Source: Porphyridium purpureum
Lineage: Eukaryota
Assembly: GCA_008690995.1 (NCBI GenBank)
Contig: VRMN01000003.1
Location: forward strand, 1,674,001 to 1,738,000
Direction of reading: 5' to 3'
DNA length: 64,000 nucleotides
Made by a program: the position numbers and the translations under genes
Part shown: in pieces, positions 42,101 to 54,176 of the stretch
How positions within the stretch are numbered: position 1 is the first letter of the stretch
Layout: the number at the start of each line of letters is the position of its first letter
The notes under the pieces: generated by a model
What the model was told of the DNA's origin: nothing
What the model saw: the letters and a program-made list of their open reading frames with translations, nothing else
Database searches by the model: none

Positions 42101-43972
42101 ATGGAAAGAATACCGGCGGACATGAACCCGCTAGCTGGGCTGCATCCAGAATGTCGCGCACAAGTGGCGTATGTACTGGATAGGTTGCGTGCGCGAGAAG
42201 TGGCGCAGGAGTGGCTGCTGGCAGACGTCGGGCTGAACGTGCTGCCACACGGCGTCAAACAAGGCCAGCTCGACTCGGCTATCGGCGTCATGTACAGCTT
42301 GCTCAAGAAGGACAAGAACCTATTTGCTGGGCTGGATGCGTTCGGAACTGCGTCTCGAAAGTCGTCGGCCGCGCAGAGCTGCGCCACCGTTGGCTCGAGC
42401 TCGGGCTCGGGCTCGGGCTCAGATTGGTCACAGCAGTTGCAGCCGCGGGAGGGTGCTCATGGTCTCCACGATGAAAACCTTGTGCAGGGCTTCATCGCAA
42501 ACCAGGCAGCTTTTGGTACGGCCGAAGTGACTCCCTCTGCAATTAACGCATTGCTGCGCGAATACTGGACGACTTTGGAGCAAGAACCGGATTTTGAAAC
42601 GCTCATTCTACCATATCAGCAGGTGGGCGACCTCATGTTCGCAATCCTGTATGACAACTCGCATAGCGACTTTTATCAAGGTGACGTTACCGTGCGCCAT
42701 GCGCGAAGACTGCGGCGCACAGTGATCATGCTAGATTCACACGATCTATTCGAGATGTTTGTCATGGCGCGCGGGCCTGCGGGAGAGCCGCTCCTCACCT
42801 TTCATAGCGTCACGTGCACTGGCATCTACACAGGCTTCACGCTTGCGCTGAAACAGGACAGGACCACGTTCATGCCTTCGGTGCAGGACATTGGTCAGAT
42901 AACGATCATGCAAGACTCCGACCGGTGCCAGTTCTGCATCTTGCGCGGCACAAGCTGCTCTTGCTCGCTGCGGATTGACGCGTCCTCTGTTCGTCTCAGG
43001 CAGAGGTGGAACCCTCATCAGGCAGAAAGGACCTGGAGTGATTGGGCACGCGGCTTTTCATCCGTGCGCAACATGCTGTCACGTGCCGTTGTCAAGGTGT
43101 ACTTGGGAAACAACCTCATAGCAGAGGATGCGGTGGCCACTGTCATTAACACGCGCATGTTCGACGACCCGCGCTTGAATCGAGCCAAAGCCGAGTTTTT
43201 GGACTGTGTCAGATTTCTCCAAGCGGAGCAACTTGTCTTGCCGCTTTCGGGTATCCAGTCTCAGCCGCCTCAAGTTCGTCCGCCGCTCCAAAATCTTTCA
43301 TTTGACTCGCATGGCCAGTTGCCGCGCGTTCCGAACGACATTCCCGGTACGATCACGGACAAGACGAAATTTGAGAGCAAGCAAGACCGTCGCGTCGTTG
43401 GAACGGACCGAAACGATATTCCCGCAAGAATGTCGTACCTTTCGTCCGACGCGAATGACATACGTGCTAAACTTACTCCAGGGGATCACATTGAAAAAGG
43501 TCCTTCTCATGTCAGACATGCAGCTCGAGAGTCTGGTGGGCGCTCACCGAGCAGAAGCATTGCGCGAGATAATGCAGGGACAAACAACCAGCCAGCAAAG
43601 CGGGGACGTGCCGACTCTGCAGACCGATCGTTGACTGACGGAGCGTCCGGTAGCGAAAAGCGGCAGGCTACCGTCAAGTCAGGAGACGATGACGGTGGGA
43701 AACGCGTTTTTCTATGTGACGTATGTGGCTCCTCGTTTGCCAGAAACCACGACCTGTTGCGTCACAAGCGCTCCTTGCACTTCAATCTTCGTCCTTTTCA
43801 ATGCGCGCACTGTTCAATGAGCTTTCAGCAGCGCGTCCATATGACGGCTCACATTGCTGCCATTCATGAGAAGAAGAAAAACGCTTCGTGCCCTGTATGC
43901 AGCCGAGCGTTCGGGACAAAGTCGAACATGAAAAAACACGTGAGAAATGTGCACGATTGCTCCCTCGAGTGA
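42101..43972 (+). CDS. C2H2 zinc-finger transcription factor (three C-terminal fingers)
   Basis: CDVCGSSF...HKRSLH, RPFQCAHC...HIAAIH, CPVCSRAF...HVRNVH, plus an internal CQFC...CSC cluster. Confidence 0.9.
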   Translation: MERIPADMNPLAGLHPECRAQVAYVLDRLRAREVAQEWLLADVGLNVLPHGVKQGQLDSAIGVMYSLLKKDKNLFAGLDAFGTASRKSSAAQSCATVGSSSGSGSGSDWSQQLQPREGAHGLHDENLVQGFIANQAAFGTAEVTPSAINALLREYWTTLEQEPDFETLILPYQQVGDLMFAILYDNSHSDFYQGDVTVRHARRLRRTVIMLDSHDLFEMFVMARGPAGEPLLTFHSVTCTGIYTGFTLALKQDRTTFMPSVQDIGQITIMQDSDRCQFCILRGTSCSCSLRIDASSVRLRQRWNPHQAERTWSDWARGFSSVRNMLSRAVVKVYLGNNLIAEDAVATVINTRMFDDPRLNRAKAEFLDCVRFLQAEQLVLPLSGIQSQPPQVRPPLQNLSFDSHGQLPRVPNDIPGTITDKTKFESKQDRRVVGTDRNDIPARMSYLSSDANDIRAKLTPGDHIEKGPSHVRHAARESGGRSPSRSIARDNAGTNNQPAKRGRADSADRSLTDGASGSEKRQATVKSGDDDGGKRVFLCDVCGSSFARNHDLLRHKRSLHFNLRPFQCAHCSMSFQQRVHMTAHIAAIHEKKKNASCPVCSRAFGTKSNMKKHVRNVHDCSLE

Positions 43973-44672
43973 AGAGTCTCGCCCGACGAGCCTGGTTGAC
44001 TCGACAGGCTCGAAACTTGAGTGACAGGCAGAAGGCTTCCTCATGTGACCGACAACGCTTCGGAAATTCTGAGCGTTGCGAAAAATAGTCACGACCAGCC
44101 TGTGTGTCGCGGCTCACTCATGGTGGCGCAGATCGTTGTTCTACCTTTGGAAACGAACGGGTCACCATAGGTTGACTAGAAGTGGATATTACCTTTCCGC
44201 GCTCATGTGATCACCGTGAGAGGCTCGTAGCCTTAGTTTGTCCACCAAAGGGCAGCCTGAAGACAAGACCAGCTCCTCTCTTGCTCCTCGGAACAGCAAT
44301 CAGGCAGCTATTCAAATACAAGCGAGACCCTGTCTGTCATGCGGTGCGGCCTACGAAAATATGGCACACAGACTGCGACGGGACAACTCAAAATTTTGGA
44401 ATGCAATGCGCCTTTCACGCCGCTCATCGCATGAGCCTCCGGTGAAATACAAGAGACTTCCATGAGTTGGGCGTGAACGGGCAACCATTGTGCGCTTTAC
44501 TCCCTTCTCGAGATTGGCGTGCTAATCGTACATCTTGAGCGTCTTTTTCTTTTAGAACATTTAGGTCTCTTTCGACTTTGACAGGAAAGGGACCGCCATC
44601 ATCTTGATCACATCTAGTCCCAGAAAACCAAAAGAAGCAGATGGATCTACCGACATCTTCAAGGGCTTCAAA

Positions 44673-46088
44673 CTACATGAGGCCGCCCGGCATCGGAAAA
44701 TTACCGGCAAAGGCGTGCACCTCCTGACGCAGCTCGGCGAGTCGCGGGTCTTTCTCGGCAACAGGAATGAACTCCTTCAGGCTCTTGCCCGTCTTCGCTT
44801 GAATGTCAAGGCCAATTTCAACCACCTTGTGCATCAGCTGCGAAATACGCCGGAAGTCCTCTTCTCGCATGCCGCGCGAAGTCAACGCAGGCGATCCTAA
44901 TCGAACACCGCCTGGGTTTAGAGCCGATGTGTCTCCCGCAACCGCATTCTTGTTCAGCGTGATGTGCACTATGTCACACAGCTTCTCCATTTTAGACCCA
45001 GACAGGCCTGTTGGGCGCAAGTCCCATAAGACCAAGTGATTGTCCGTTCCTCCTGTGACTAGTTTGTACCCAAGCTTCACAAGTTCGTCTGCCATCGCGC
45101 TTGCGTTCACGCGTACTTGGATCTGGTATTGCTTGAACTCTGGTGCGAGCGCCTCTTTGACTGCGACACCAAGGGCCGCGATCGTGTTGTTGTGTGGTCC
45201 ACCTTGGATTCCGGGGAAAACGGCCTGGTTAACCCTGCTCTCAAAGTCGTAATCCTCCCCTAACGGCTCACCGTTGGCGTCCAGCTTGGGGCCCTTGCGG
45301 AAAAAGATCATGCCCTGGCGTGGACCGCGGAGCGACTTGTGCGTTGTGGATGTCACAATGTCGCAATACGGAAAAGGCTGTGGGTGCTCGTCTGTTGCGA
45401 CAAGGCCGGAAATATGCGCCATGTCGCACATGAGCAGACATTGCGCCTTGTCCGCGATCTCGCGCAAGCGCTTGAAATCCCACACTCGCGGGTATGCCGA
45501 CGCGCCGCAAATGATTAGCTTTGGCCGAAAAAGCAGGGCGTTTTCCTCAAGCTTATCATAATCCAGATAGCCCGTCTGCGCGTCGATGCGATACGGCAGC
45601 GATTCAAAGTAAACCGAGGTCGCGGAGATCTTCTTCTTCGCCGTGTAGAAGCCGTGCGTCAAGTGGCCACCTGACGGCAGATCGAGGCCCATGATGCGGT
45701 CGTGTGGGTTCAGGAGCGCCGTGTAAACCGCGAAATTTGCCTGTGAGCCAGAGTACGGCTGCACGTTGACGCCCCACTGCTCCGGCGACAGGCGGTACAG
45801 CTGCAGCACGCGAGACATGACCAGCGACTCCATCAGGTCGATAATCTCGTTTCCTCCATAGTAACGCGCGCCCACCATCCCTTCCGAGTACTTGTTCGTA
45901 AACGAGCTACCCAGCATCTCCATCACTGCACGCGACGTGAAGTTTTCCGAGGCGATCAGCTCGAGCCCTTCGAACTGCCGCTCCTTCTCGCGCATAGCCA
46001 GCGCGTACATCTCCGCGTCCACCTCTTGCACCGGCCGGTTCCCAGGGAACCCGGCAAAGGAGCTCTTCCCCTCCTGATAGCACTCCAT
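44673..46088 (-). CDS. SHMT: Serine hydroxymethyltransferase, cytosolic type
   Basis: [64 protein letters not shown] 46088, no presequence. Confidence 0.97.
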   Translation of the reverse strand: MECYQEGKSSFAGFPGNRPVQEVDAEMYALAMREKERQFEGLELIASENFTSRAVMEMLGSSFTNKYSEGMVGARYYGGNEIIDLMESLVMSRVLQLYRLSPEQWGVNVQPYSGSQANFAVYTALLNPHDRIMGLDLPSGGHLTHGFYTAKKKISATSVYFESLPYRIDAQTGYLDYDKLEENALLFRPKLIICGASAYPRVWDFKRLREIADKAQCLLMCDMAHISGLVATDEHPQPFPYCDIVTSTTHKSLRGPRQGMIFFRKGPKLDANGEPLGEDYDFESRVNQAVFPGIQGGPHNNTIAALGVAVKEALAPEFKQYQIQVRVNASAMADELVKLGYKLVTGGTDNHLVLWDLRPTGLSGSKMEKLCDIVHITLNKNAVAGDTSALNPGGVRLGSPALTSRGMREEDFRRISQLMHKVVEIGLDIQAKTGKSLKEFIPVAEKDPRLAELRQEVHAFAGNFPMPGGLM

Positions 46089-46204
46089 ACTCGCTTGCTC
46101 GCTCGCTTTTCTCTCTCGCTCTCTATCTCTCCCTGCCGTCTCACAAACCGGCGCTGCGTCACTGGCAAACCACCGATCAAGCCTGTATCTAATCCTCACC
46201 CACC

Positions 46205-46223
46205 CACACACACACACACACAC
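46205..46223. repeat. (CA)n microsatellite upstream of SHMT
   Basis: About 9 CA units. Confidence 0.8.
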
Positions 46224-48092
46224 CAACTACTTGTTCACGACCGTCACCGCGCGTCTCTTGTTCGATTCGTGTTTCTTCTCCTTCCGGCTTGATCTTTTTT
46301 CTCTTGCTCTCCTCATATAACAAACTAGCGATTCTTGATAGGAAAACGCCGCCGTGGAGGTTGCCTTGATGAAGAAGGTTCAGTAGGGAGGTTGAGTGCC
46401 GTGCCGTGGCGCGCTCCACGGATCGGCACGTTGATGAACGGAACGCTGACCGCGCGAGTGTCAATGTTACGGGCAAGTCATGGCGGCTACGCTCGAGCTG
46501 GTGACGCGGCTTGCTGAACCTGGCTCGAATTCCGGTAACGTGGTGGTGTCAGTTGTCCGAGATCCGCCGCCTTTGCGACGCATGGCGTGACGTAAAACTC
46601 ACTTGGCCTGTGAACTTCAAGCTCTTCACTGCCCGGCTGTCGGGAAAAAAGAGAAAACACGCTGCCGAAGCGCGTGGGAGCAATGATGGGCTAGATATAT
46701 CAGCACTCAGACTTCAAGTTGTTGCACTGGCGCAAAAAATATACAGGTCAAGCTAGCACAACTACGTGCTTCTTTGTCCAGCTGTCGCTCGCGGCTTGGC
46801 GTCTGTGTGGACTTCGCGATGTTATCCAGAGCGTAAATTGGTCTCCTTTGGACTTGAAGGGCGCTCAACCACGGCAGTCCGGTTCGTCGTAATACGCATG
46901 AGGCGAAGTCGTCGATGCCACGTTTCCACTTGTAGGGACGGCAAATCGGTCAAGTCATCAGTCAACAGATGCGTGCGTCGCGCCGTTGGGCGAGCGACAC
47001 GTGAGGGGTCAGCACAGAAATGCACGGATAGACGCAGGTGCATATTGAAGTCTTGGCGGTGGTGCTAGCCGTAGCAGGTAGAGGATGCGCCACGCGTGAT
47101 CCATGAAGCCTGGCTGCGAAACAGCAATCACGGGCGATGGGTAAGTAGGCTTCATAGGGCAAGCGGTGTGCCGCATGTCTCTCTGGCCGCTTTTGAACCA
47201 GATTATACCAGCCAAGCTCGCTATCAAGGCCGCTAGGAATGGGGAGGGGCGAGAGCGGGAATCTTCAGACGCTCTCGCTCAAGAAGAAGTATCATGCCTG
47301 CTTTCACGCTAGGGCAGGCTGTTCGACTACAATTTTCTCTCTGCGGTATATGAATCAATACCCGGACGCGAAATGATGGGACTGTGCGAAGGAGCGTAAC
47401 CCGGAGCAAGCCTAGCACCTTTGCCACGTTTTGGAACTCCTGGGAAGCATTCGACACTCGTTGGAGTTTTCTGGAAAAGAAACTTAAGCGTTCGCGAGGA
47501 GCAAGAGCAGCAAGGTTTGCCGGATTCGCCTCGTTGCGGATCCCGTGCAGTCGGCTTACTTTCGCGGTCAGGTCTGAATATGAAGACGGTTGCGACGGAA
47601 CCGTTTCTCTATCGGTAGCATTCGCCACACCTGCCTTCTCTTGCCGTATCCAGAAAATGATGTGGTCAGTCATATATTGCCAAAGGCATTAGCAGAGCTG
47701 GGTGATTCATTGAAGAAAGGTAAAGATTTCAAACCCGCAGCGTCCATGAGCGACTTGGGCCAACTCCAATGTGACTACGCACGGAGCTCGTAGGACATCA
47801 CAGGAACCCGAATCGTCGCGCTGCATATCGACTTCCTTGTCTTCGTTGATGGACTCACCATGTCAGTGAGGACGAGGAAGCGTGGAAAGCAAAGCGGCTT
47901 CCGCTGCACCGAGGAACCGGTCCACTTGGGGATCCAAAGCTGCAGCGTCGATAGAGAATCTCTCAAGTGGCGCTAGAATGATGTTCTCCGCGCAGACCTT
48001 GAGCAGGGTAAACTGCCTTCTTACTCGATCTGAAGACGAAGATTGTGCAACAGGCTTTGCGGTCTTTTGAAGACACTTTCGCGTCTCCTCGC

Positions 48093-50435
48093 TTACATGC
48101 TCTTGTTTACTAATGATTGAGTGAATGCATGAATTTCTTGAATGAGAGCAGTCTCGATCAGAGGAGCTGCAGCGATAGCACCTGCGATAGACAGATGATG
48201 GTCATCCATGTTGACTGGCCAGTCTCCAAAGATAAGCAATGTGAATGCGTTGCCGACTTGCTGCTTGGCCTGAATGCTCGCCATTGTTGGTATTTCTGGA
48301 AACGAGGAGGCCGTGTGGTTCGGTACTCGGAACGCAGGATACAGGTCTATGAAAGGAACATCGAGAGCTCGCAAGGCGCCTTGCACCGCGCGGTTGTAGG
48401 AATATATCCGGGCGTCCATCGCATACGTCCGCGGGCAGTGCGCTGCGCCGCGCTCCTTGACGCAGTTGACAAGCAAGAGTGGGACCTTGGGCGGGTTCAG
48501 TATCATGACGACACGGTGGCCAAGACTTCGGATCCAGTCGAAAGTCCGCTGAAGCCTGACGCTGCATCTGCTACCACACCAGCCGTCCATGTACTCGGTA
48601 ACAATGACCACGCTCGGCTCGAGAACGGTCAGCTTCATCTTCACATCATAAAATTTGCTTTTGCAATCGCTGTTTTCGTGGTGCTGAAACACCTTTGCCA
48701 GGTCGGCTCGACAGCCGCTCCATGCATGCATCATGAATGAGGTGTTGAGGTGGAGACCAACATTATATATGGCAGGTCTAAGCGCCAGCATCATTGAATC
48801 GCCCAAAAAGACCACGTTGCTGCGCGAGCCGTTCTCTACATTTCCGAGTTCACAATTCTGGCTGCGATCAGCGTCCGTCCTGTTTCCTTTGAAACAATAC
48901 CAATCGTGCTTTGTACGAATGGGAAGTTCAACGGGGTACTTGAAGCACGATCGGGCAATCGCGTTGGAAAGCGGGTCGTCGTAGTGACTGTTGGAAGGCT
49001 CGGCTGGATCTTCGCACATTTCTGTAATTGAAGCGAAGAATATGTCGTCGTCTGCGGCAAGGTTCTGCTCGATCGGGTCGGCCTCAAGTCCTTGTTGTGG
49101 CGGATCCGAAAAGCTATCAGCTCCATGTTTGTCATTTTCCCAGAGGGAGTCCATCAGTGAAGAAGAGGACAGTCCGAAACGAAGCGCGAGAACAAGACCG
49201 AGAGTAACCAGAACACTGCATGCCATTGCAAAGATTGTGCGCATTCCAGCTTGGTCTGCGCGACCAACAAGGCGTGCGGATGATTCGATGAATGCGTATT
49301 GCAAGGTTCCGAGTATTATCGAACACAAGCATAAGGCTGTTCCTATGCGCTCGGGAGATACGTCCAACTCGGTATCCCTGTACACGAAGCGGTAGGCGTA
49401 TGATGCGGTGCGTAATGGCCAGTGGACAAGATACACGGAGTACGACACTTTGCCCAAAAACCGGAGCGCCCCATTTCGCAAAAGGCGGCGTGCGACAAAA
49501 CTGTGAGGCAGGAGAACCAAAAGGGCTCCACTAAACACGCAAGGTATGATGGCGACGGCATTCCAGAGCGCCATAATGCTTTCCGTGACGAAAACGTAGG
49601 AAGCGATGATGACAGCAAACGATAAGAAAGCAAGTGCTTCGCCAAGCAGAGAAGAAGCGTGAATCGTCACGTATGGATAAATATCCACTAAGAGGGCACC
49701 GACGCAAAACTCCCACATACGAAACGGCATCATGAAAAAGACCAGCGCCGGATCCTTCTGGTACCACCATTGCGCAGCCCCGAACGAGAGAGCACCTAGA
49801 GCTCCGATCGCCGCGGTTCTTGTCAAAGTCTGTGACGCTCCGATTCGCCTCTCTTCTCGCTGTGGCGTCACGTCGGAATCGGTTGCCGCGTGCGGTGACG
49901 CAACGTGCGTAACTAGCAGCAGGACACACGGCCAAATGAGATAAAATTGTTCCTCGACGGCGAGCGACCACGTATGCAACAGCGGCTTTGTCTTGGCAGC
50001 CGCGTCCCAGTAACCGGCTTCAGTGTAGAATAGAACATTAGAAACACATGCAAGGGTGGCAAACGCCGAATTGGCGTACGGAATCACCCAGCTGTGCGGC
50101 ATGAACCCGATCGCGAGCGTGGCGGTCCAAGCCACAGTGAACAAGACACTCGGATACAAGCGCCAGAAGCGACGCCTGTAAAAGGTGAAAAGCTGCGTAG
50201 CCGCGCCTTCACATGTCGTGCCGGCAAGGTTCCGTGATATCAGGAAACCTGAGAGCACGAAGAATAAGTCCACGCCGAGAAAGCCGCCAGACGCATGCAA
50301 GTCAAAATGAAAGAGGAGAACGCCAACTAATGCCACCGCACGAAGCCCGTCCAGGTGTTCCAGATATTGCGCGTTGGCCGCATTCCCGTCTATGCCCGTG
50401 TGCGGGGACACTGGTGTTTCATCGTCGGGAGTCAT
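48093..50435 (-). CDS. Acyltransferase-3 plus SGNH-domain O-acetyltransferase (OafA/OatA-like)
   Basis: LDGLRAVA, GGFLGVDLFFVLSGFLI, FYRRRFWRLYP, HTWSLAVEEQFY, LGKVSYSVYLVHWP; SGNH motifs FLGDS and DDHHLS. Start taken as ATG 50435. Confidence 0.9.
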   Translation of the reverse strand: MTPDDETPVSPHTGIDGNAANAQYLEHLDGLRAVALVGVLLFHFDLHASGGFLGVDLFFVLSGFLISRNLAGTTCEGAATQLFTFYRRRFWRLYPSVLFTVAWTATLAIGFMPHSWVIPYANSAFATLACVSNVLFYTEAGYWDAAAKTKPLLHTWSLAVEEQFYLIWPCVLLLVTHVASPHAATDSDVTPQREERRIGASQTLTRTAAIGALGALSFGAAQWWYQKDPALVFFMMPFRMWEFCVGALLVDIYPYVTIHASSLLGEALAFLSFAVIIASYVFVTESIMALWNAVAIIPCVFSGALLVLLPHSFVARRLLRNGALRFLGKVSYSVYLVHWPLRTASYAYRFVYRDTELDVSPERIGTALCLCSIILGTLQYAFIESSARLVGRADQAGMRTIFAMACSVLVTLGLVLALRFGLSSSSLMDSLWENDKHGADSFSDPPQQGLEADPIEQNLAADDDIFFASITEMCEDPAEPSNSHYDDPLSNAIARSCFKYPVELPIRTKHDWYCFKGNRTDADRSQNCELGNVENGSRSNVVFLGDSMMLALRPAIYNVGLHLNTSFMMHAWSGCRADLAKVFQHHENSDCKSKFYDVKMKLTVLEPSVVIVTEYMDGWCGSRCSVRLQRTFDWIRSLGHRVVMILNPPKVPLLLVNCVKERGAAHCPRTYAMDARIYSYNRAVQGALRALDVPFIDLYPAFRVPNHTASSFPEIPTMASIQAKQQVGNAFTLLIFGDWPVNMDDHHLSIAGAIAAAPLIETALIQEIHAFTQSLVNKSM

Positions 50436-50760
50436 GCATAACTGGTATTCGAGCGAACCTGCCCCGGCGATGGATCCTTGCCCCCTGCCACGCGCCACAG
50501 TAACCTTCGAATTGCGATCTGGCGGAAACCCTGAAGAGTGTCGACTTGAGCCATGAGTTGGCTGAGACCGGTGCGCTCCGCGGAGACACAAAGACAGAGT
50601 CAATAATGGTACTGCTTTAAGAAATATGTCAATGAACGTGCTCTGCAAGCTCGTCAAGCATGATGTGCAAGTAAAAACACGGAAGGCGCTGAAATACGAT
50701 ATAGTTACGTTGTCCCATGAAATGCGATGTCGCCGAGGAAGTGCGTGTCTGTGTGCTAGT

Positions 50761-52002
50761 TTACAAGAGCTCGCCCCTCTCCTTCCTGACGTCGAACTCC
50801 GAAAAGACTCCAGCATCCTCTTTGGTGACAATCATATCGTCCTTGTCATCCTTGAGCGCCTTGTACTGCGACATATCGAGCGGATCGTGGATGACCGGTC
50901 TGATTGGCGGTTCGAGATTGCGAAGCAGTGCAAAGTCAAGCTTTGCGAACCACTTGTGCTTGATGATCTCGGACGACCCCTGTCCGGCACCGCCCAGCCG
51001 CTTGGTAGAGTCCTTGGTCAGCAGCCGCTTGATGATGTCCTTGCCTTCTTTGGAGCACGAAACATCAGCGGGAAAGTTGATGACACCTTTCAGAATACTT
51101 GCAAAGGTTGCGTCCTGCGAAGCGCCCTTGAATGGCGTGGTTCCAAAGATCATCTCATAAATGAGAATACCCAGCGTCCACCAGTCCACGGAGGCTGTCT
51201 GGGATGTACCTTGCACAACCTCGGGCGCGATGTACTCCTCGGTGCCGACGAACGAATTGCAGTCGCCAGCCATCACGGGCTCCGATGCAACAATGTCGAG
51301 ATTGTCGAGCGCGTGTCGGTCCTTGCGGAACGACGCCTTGAGCATCTTTAGCAAGCTTGTCTGTTGTTGCACCACAACGGGAGCCACCGCCGTGGCCTGT
51401 TTTGACAAATCAAAATCCGTGAGCGCAATATGGCCGTTTTCGCGCATGAGCACATTCTCCGGTTTCAGATCGCGGTAGACAAATCCAAGATGATGAAGAT
51501 ACTCCAGCGCGAGAATCACTTCTGCGGCGTAGAAGCGGGCGGCATCCTCGCTCAGGCGCTGCCCGGGTTGCTTCTGCAGTACGCGGAAGAATTCGCCTCC
51601 GGCGGCGTACTCCATGATAAAGTGCAGCTTCTTGGTTGTCTGGAACGAGGCGAACATGGTGATGATGAAGGGGTGGTTCGTGGTGGCGAAGATCTCGCGC
51701 TCGGTCATGACGCGCGCCACCTTGTTGCGCGCAATCATGTCCTCCTTGCTCAGCACCTTCATAGCGTACAGCAGCTCTGTGTCCTTGAGGAGCACGAGGT
51801 ACACCTTTCCCACGCCGCCGCGTCCCACGAGCTTGAGCTTCTTGAACAAGTGGGGCCCGAGCTGATCGTCCTTGACTGGGAACGCCTGCGAGAAGGACAC
51901 GTTTGCCTTGCCCAGAATCTGCTCCGTGCCGCCCTGCTCGCCACCCGCCTTTTCGACTGCAGGCGACATAATTGGGGACGTCATTTGCTCGACATCAGCC
52001 AT
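50761..52002 (-). CDS. AGC Ser/Thr kinase, Kin82/Fpk1/NRC-2 (phototropin-kinase-related) type
   Basis: VGRGGVGKVYLV, YAMKVL, HPFIIT, YRDLKPENVL, LTDFDLSK (DFD signature), NSFVGTEEYIAPE, VDWWTLG. In-frame stop at 52021-52023 just upstream. Confidence 0.92.
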   Translation of the reverse strand: MADVEQMTSPIMSPAVEKAGGEQGGTEQILGKANVSFSQAFPVKDDQLGPHLFKKLKLVGRGGVGKVYLVLLKDTELLYAMKVLSKEDMIARNKVARVMTEREIFATTNHPFIITMFASFQTTKKLHFIMEYAAGGEFFRVLQKQPGQRLSEDAARFYAAEVILALEYLHHLGFVYRDLKPENVLMRENGHIALTDFDLSKQATAVAPVVVQQQTSLLKMLKASFRKDRHALDNLDIVASEPVMAGDCNSFVGTEEYIAPEVVQGTSQTASVDWWTLGILIYEMIFGTTPFKGASQDATFASILKGVINFPADVSCSKEGKDIIKRLLTKDSTKRLGGAGQGSSEIIKHKWFAKLDFALLRNLEPPIRPVIHDPLDMSQYKALKDDKDDMIVTKEDAGVFSEFDVRKERGELL

Positions 52003-54176
52003 TTCGTTTTGCGCGCGCGTCTACCTTGCGCCCGTGCGTGTGCTCCGCGGCGCGCGATGCTCCTGCTCTCTTTGCACCGCCTCGCCCACAGCAAACGTGA
52101 ACGTCGACCCTTGCTCAGGTCACGAAACCGCCGACCGGAAGACCCTCGAGTGAGTCCCTCTAAATATGCCCGACAGTGAGCCACGCACGCCTCACGGGAC
52201 CAATCACGGGATTCACACACTTCCACCTCTTCTTCTGCTCTCCCTCTCAACCCACTCGAATATCCCAACACACACCTCCAACCACTTGCACACTCTCGCT
52301 TCCATTCATCCTGCTGCCGCAAGCGCCACTGCCTGTTCAGTTCACACGCAAGCCACTAACCCAGAAGAAACGCGTCAGATCGCCACTTCGCCGCATCGGA
52401 CTTGTTTTCCTCCTCTGTCTGTCTGCTTCAGTGTCGGTCGTTTCCCGTTCTCCCCTTCTTTGAAGACGCGCACGCAAGCATGTGCATTTGAACAAACTAA
52501 ACGACACCCATACTCAGTTGCGCTGTTTTCGTATGGGTTGTTCGATAAAGACGTGCAGAGGAGGAGGAATGCTTAGTCGGATCGTGTCTCCCACACGGGG
52601 GTTATACCAAGAAGGAGCGGTTTGAGTAGGAACTCTGCGTGTGCTGCGGGGTGCTGCTGCGCTTGGCCCTGCGGCTGACAGTGCGCCGATGGCCACGTCA
52701 TAGTGAGCAATTTGGGACGTGACCCGGTTTGATAGTGTGTTGACAAGCATGTTCGCTGTGTGTGATATGCGTTTTCCATAAGACACGGGAAGATGGGAGG
52801 AAGTACAGCGGCACTGTACGTGGAGTTTGTGGTTGAGTGGGTTGGACGGAAGGGGTGGATATGAGACTCGGACAGGGTCGATCATGGCGCGCTGCGATGC
52901 ACGCACGCGCATGACGGGTCGCTGGCCTTGCGCGGAACCGTTGCGTCATCCACCCACCTCTGCTGCGGGGAACCGCGACACTCACCTGCACACGGGTGAG
53001 GTTGGTGGAGCATCGGGTATGGGCAAGTAGGGCGGCGTCATCTCGTTCTGCGTGCGTCATAAGGTGGTCGGTCTCCGCGGATTGGGAACGCGGCTCACGT
53101 GTGCGGAAAGACCGTGCGGGGTCTGCGTGCGCTTCTACTCGCGCAAAGCGGAAAACGTGCTGCATGTTGTCTAGAGACACGACGGTCCAGCGAGGTTCAA
53201 TCTCTTAAAATGTTGGGCCGCAAACAGGTGACTGTGACCCAGAAGAAAACGGGCATCACCAAGAGACGCAAGTAGACAAATGCCAGCGCCGACGAGTGTC
53301 CCAAGCACACATGTGGTCGTCCCCGGAGGCAGGCGCTAACGATGAGTGCGAGGGGCTCGTCCCTTGATCCTTTGCCGTCGCCAGCGATAAATCGGCAGCA
53401 CATGGGTACGGAGACATACCTCGTGGCACATTGGACGCTGCCGCATGCCGGCCTCGTTCGGCAACAAGGCATACTTGAAAACCAGTGCATGATAGGAGAA
53501 GAGTGGCGCCAGCTGGCGGCCGCGCTTTTCCACATGCGGCGCGACCTGTTCTTTGTGCGAGCAGGCGCGTCTTCGAGTCGCTTTGCTACCGCGTCGCGCC
53601 CAGCTCGCCCTCGACACGCACCAGCAGCGCGTGTAACCGCGAGGTCTTTGTGAACTTCATTCTCTGCGTGTGACGTGGCTGTTGCCCAAGCGCGCAGCAA
53701 CAGACCACCGCGCGTGGAGCGCACGATGCACGGCCGCGGCGTGTGCAATATCCGTTCAATACACCTTTATTGCGCACAGCCCCACCCTCTTCTTGTTGTA
53801 CCCGCTCCAGCAGATTCCAATGCGGTGTAATTCACATTCGGCCATGCTGTCGTTCACAACACACCACGCCCCCGCTTCCACACCATTCGATCATGATGAC
53901 CCAGTAAGCTTGGTTCGCGAAGTACACTGGAGGTGTACCGCGCATGCAACACTATTCAGGCCCCAAAAATAGTTCTTACTACACAACAAGTCGCGCGGCT
54001 CCATTGACAGGTACACTGGGACACGGGAGTATTTAGCCGCGCCGCGTGGCGGCAGAGTGACTGGGATGCGCGCGGCGACAGCATGCACTGACAAGTGCGG
54101 GATTGTGAGTATCTGACACAGAATCGGTTTGGAGAAGAGGCACGAGCTGGGAGAGGGCAAGCACAGAGTATCTGCG

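Noticed and set aside
50436..50831. N-terminal extension of the acyltransferase overlapping the AGC kinase 3' end
   Set aside because: The extension is not protein-like and overlaps a same-strand gene; ATG 50435 just before the AT3 domain is more plausible.
50761..52002. Phototropin
   Set aside because: The kinase is phototropin-related (DFD motif), but there are no LOV domains and an in-frame stop lies seven codons upstream of the ATG.
53185..53210. T-loop-like motifs (also near 25100 and 46520) as further or permuted tRNA halves
   Set aside because: No 5-bp T stem and no matching acceptor or anticodon arms.
52003..54128. 2.1-kb gap with several 60-180 aa ORFs
   Set aside because: No recognisable domains, transposon termini or RNA-gene signature; treated as divergent promoter and UTR sequence.
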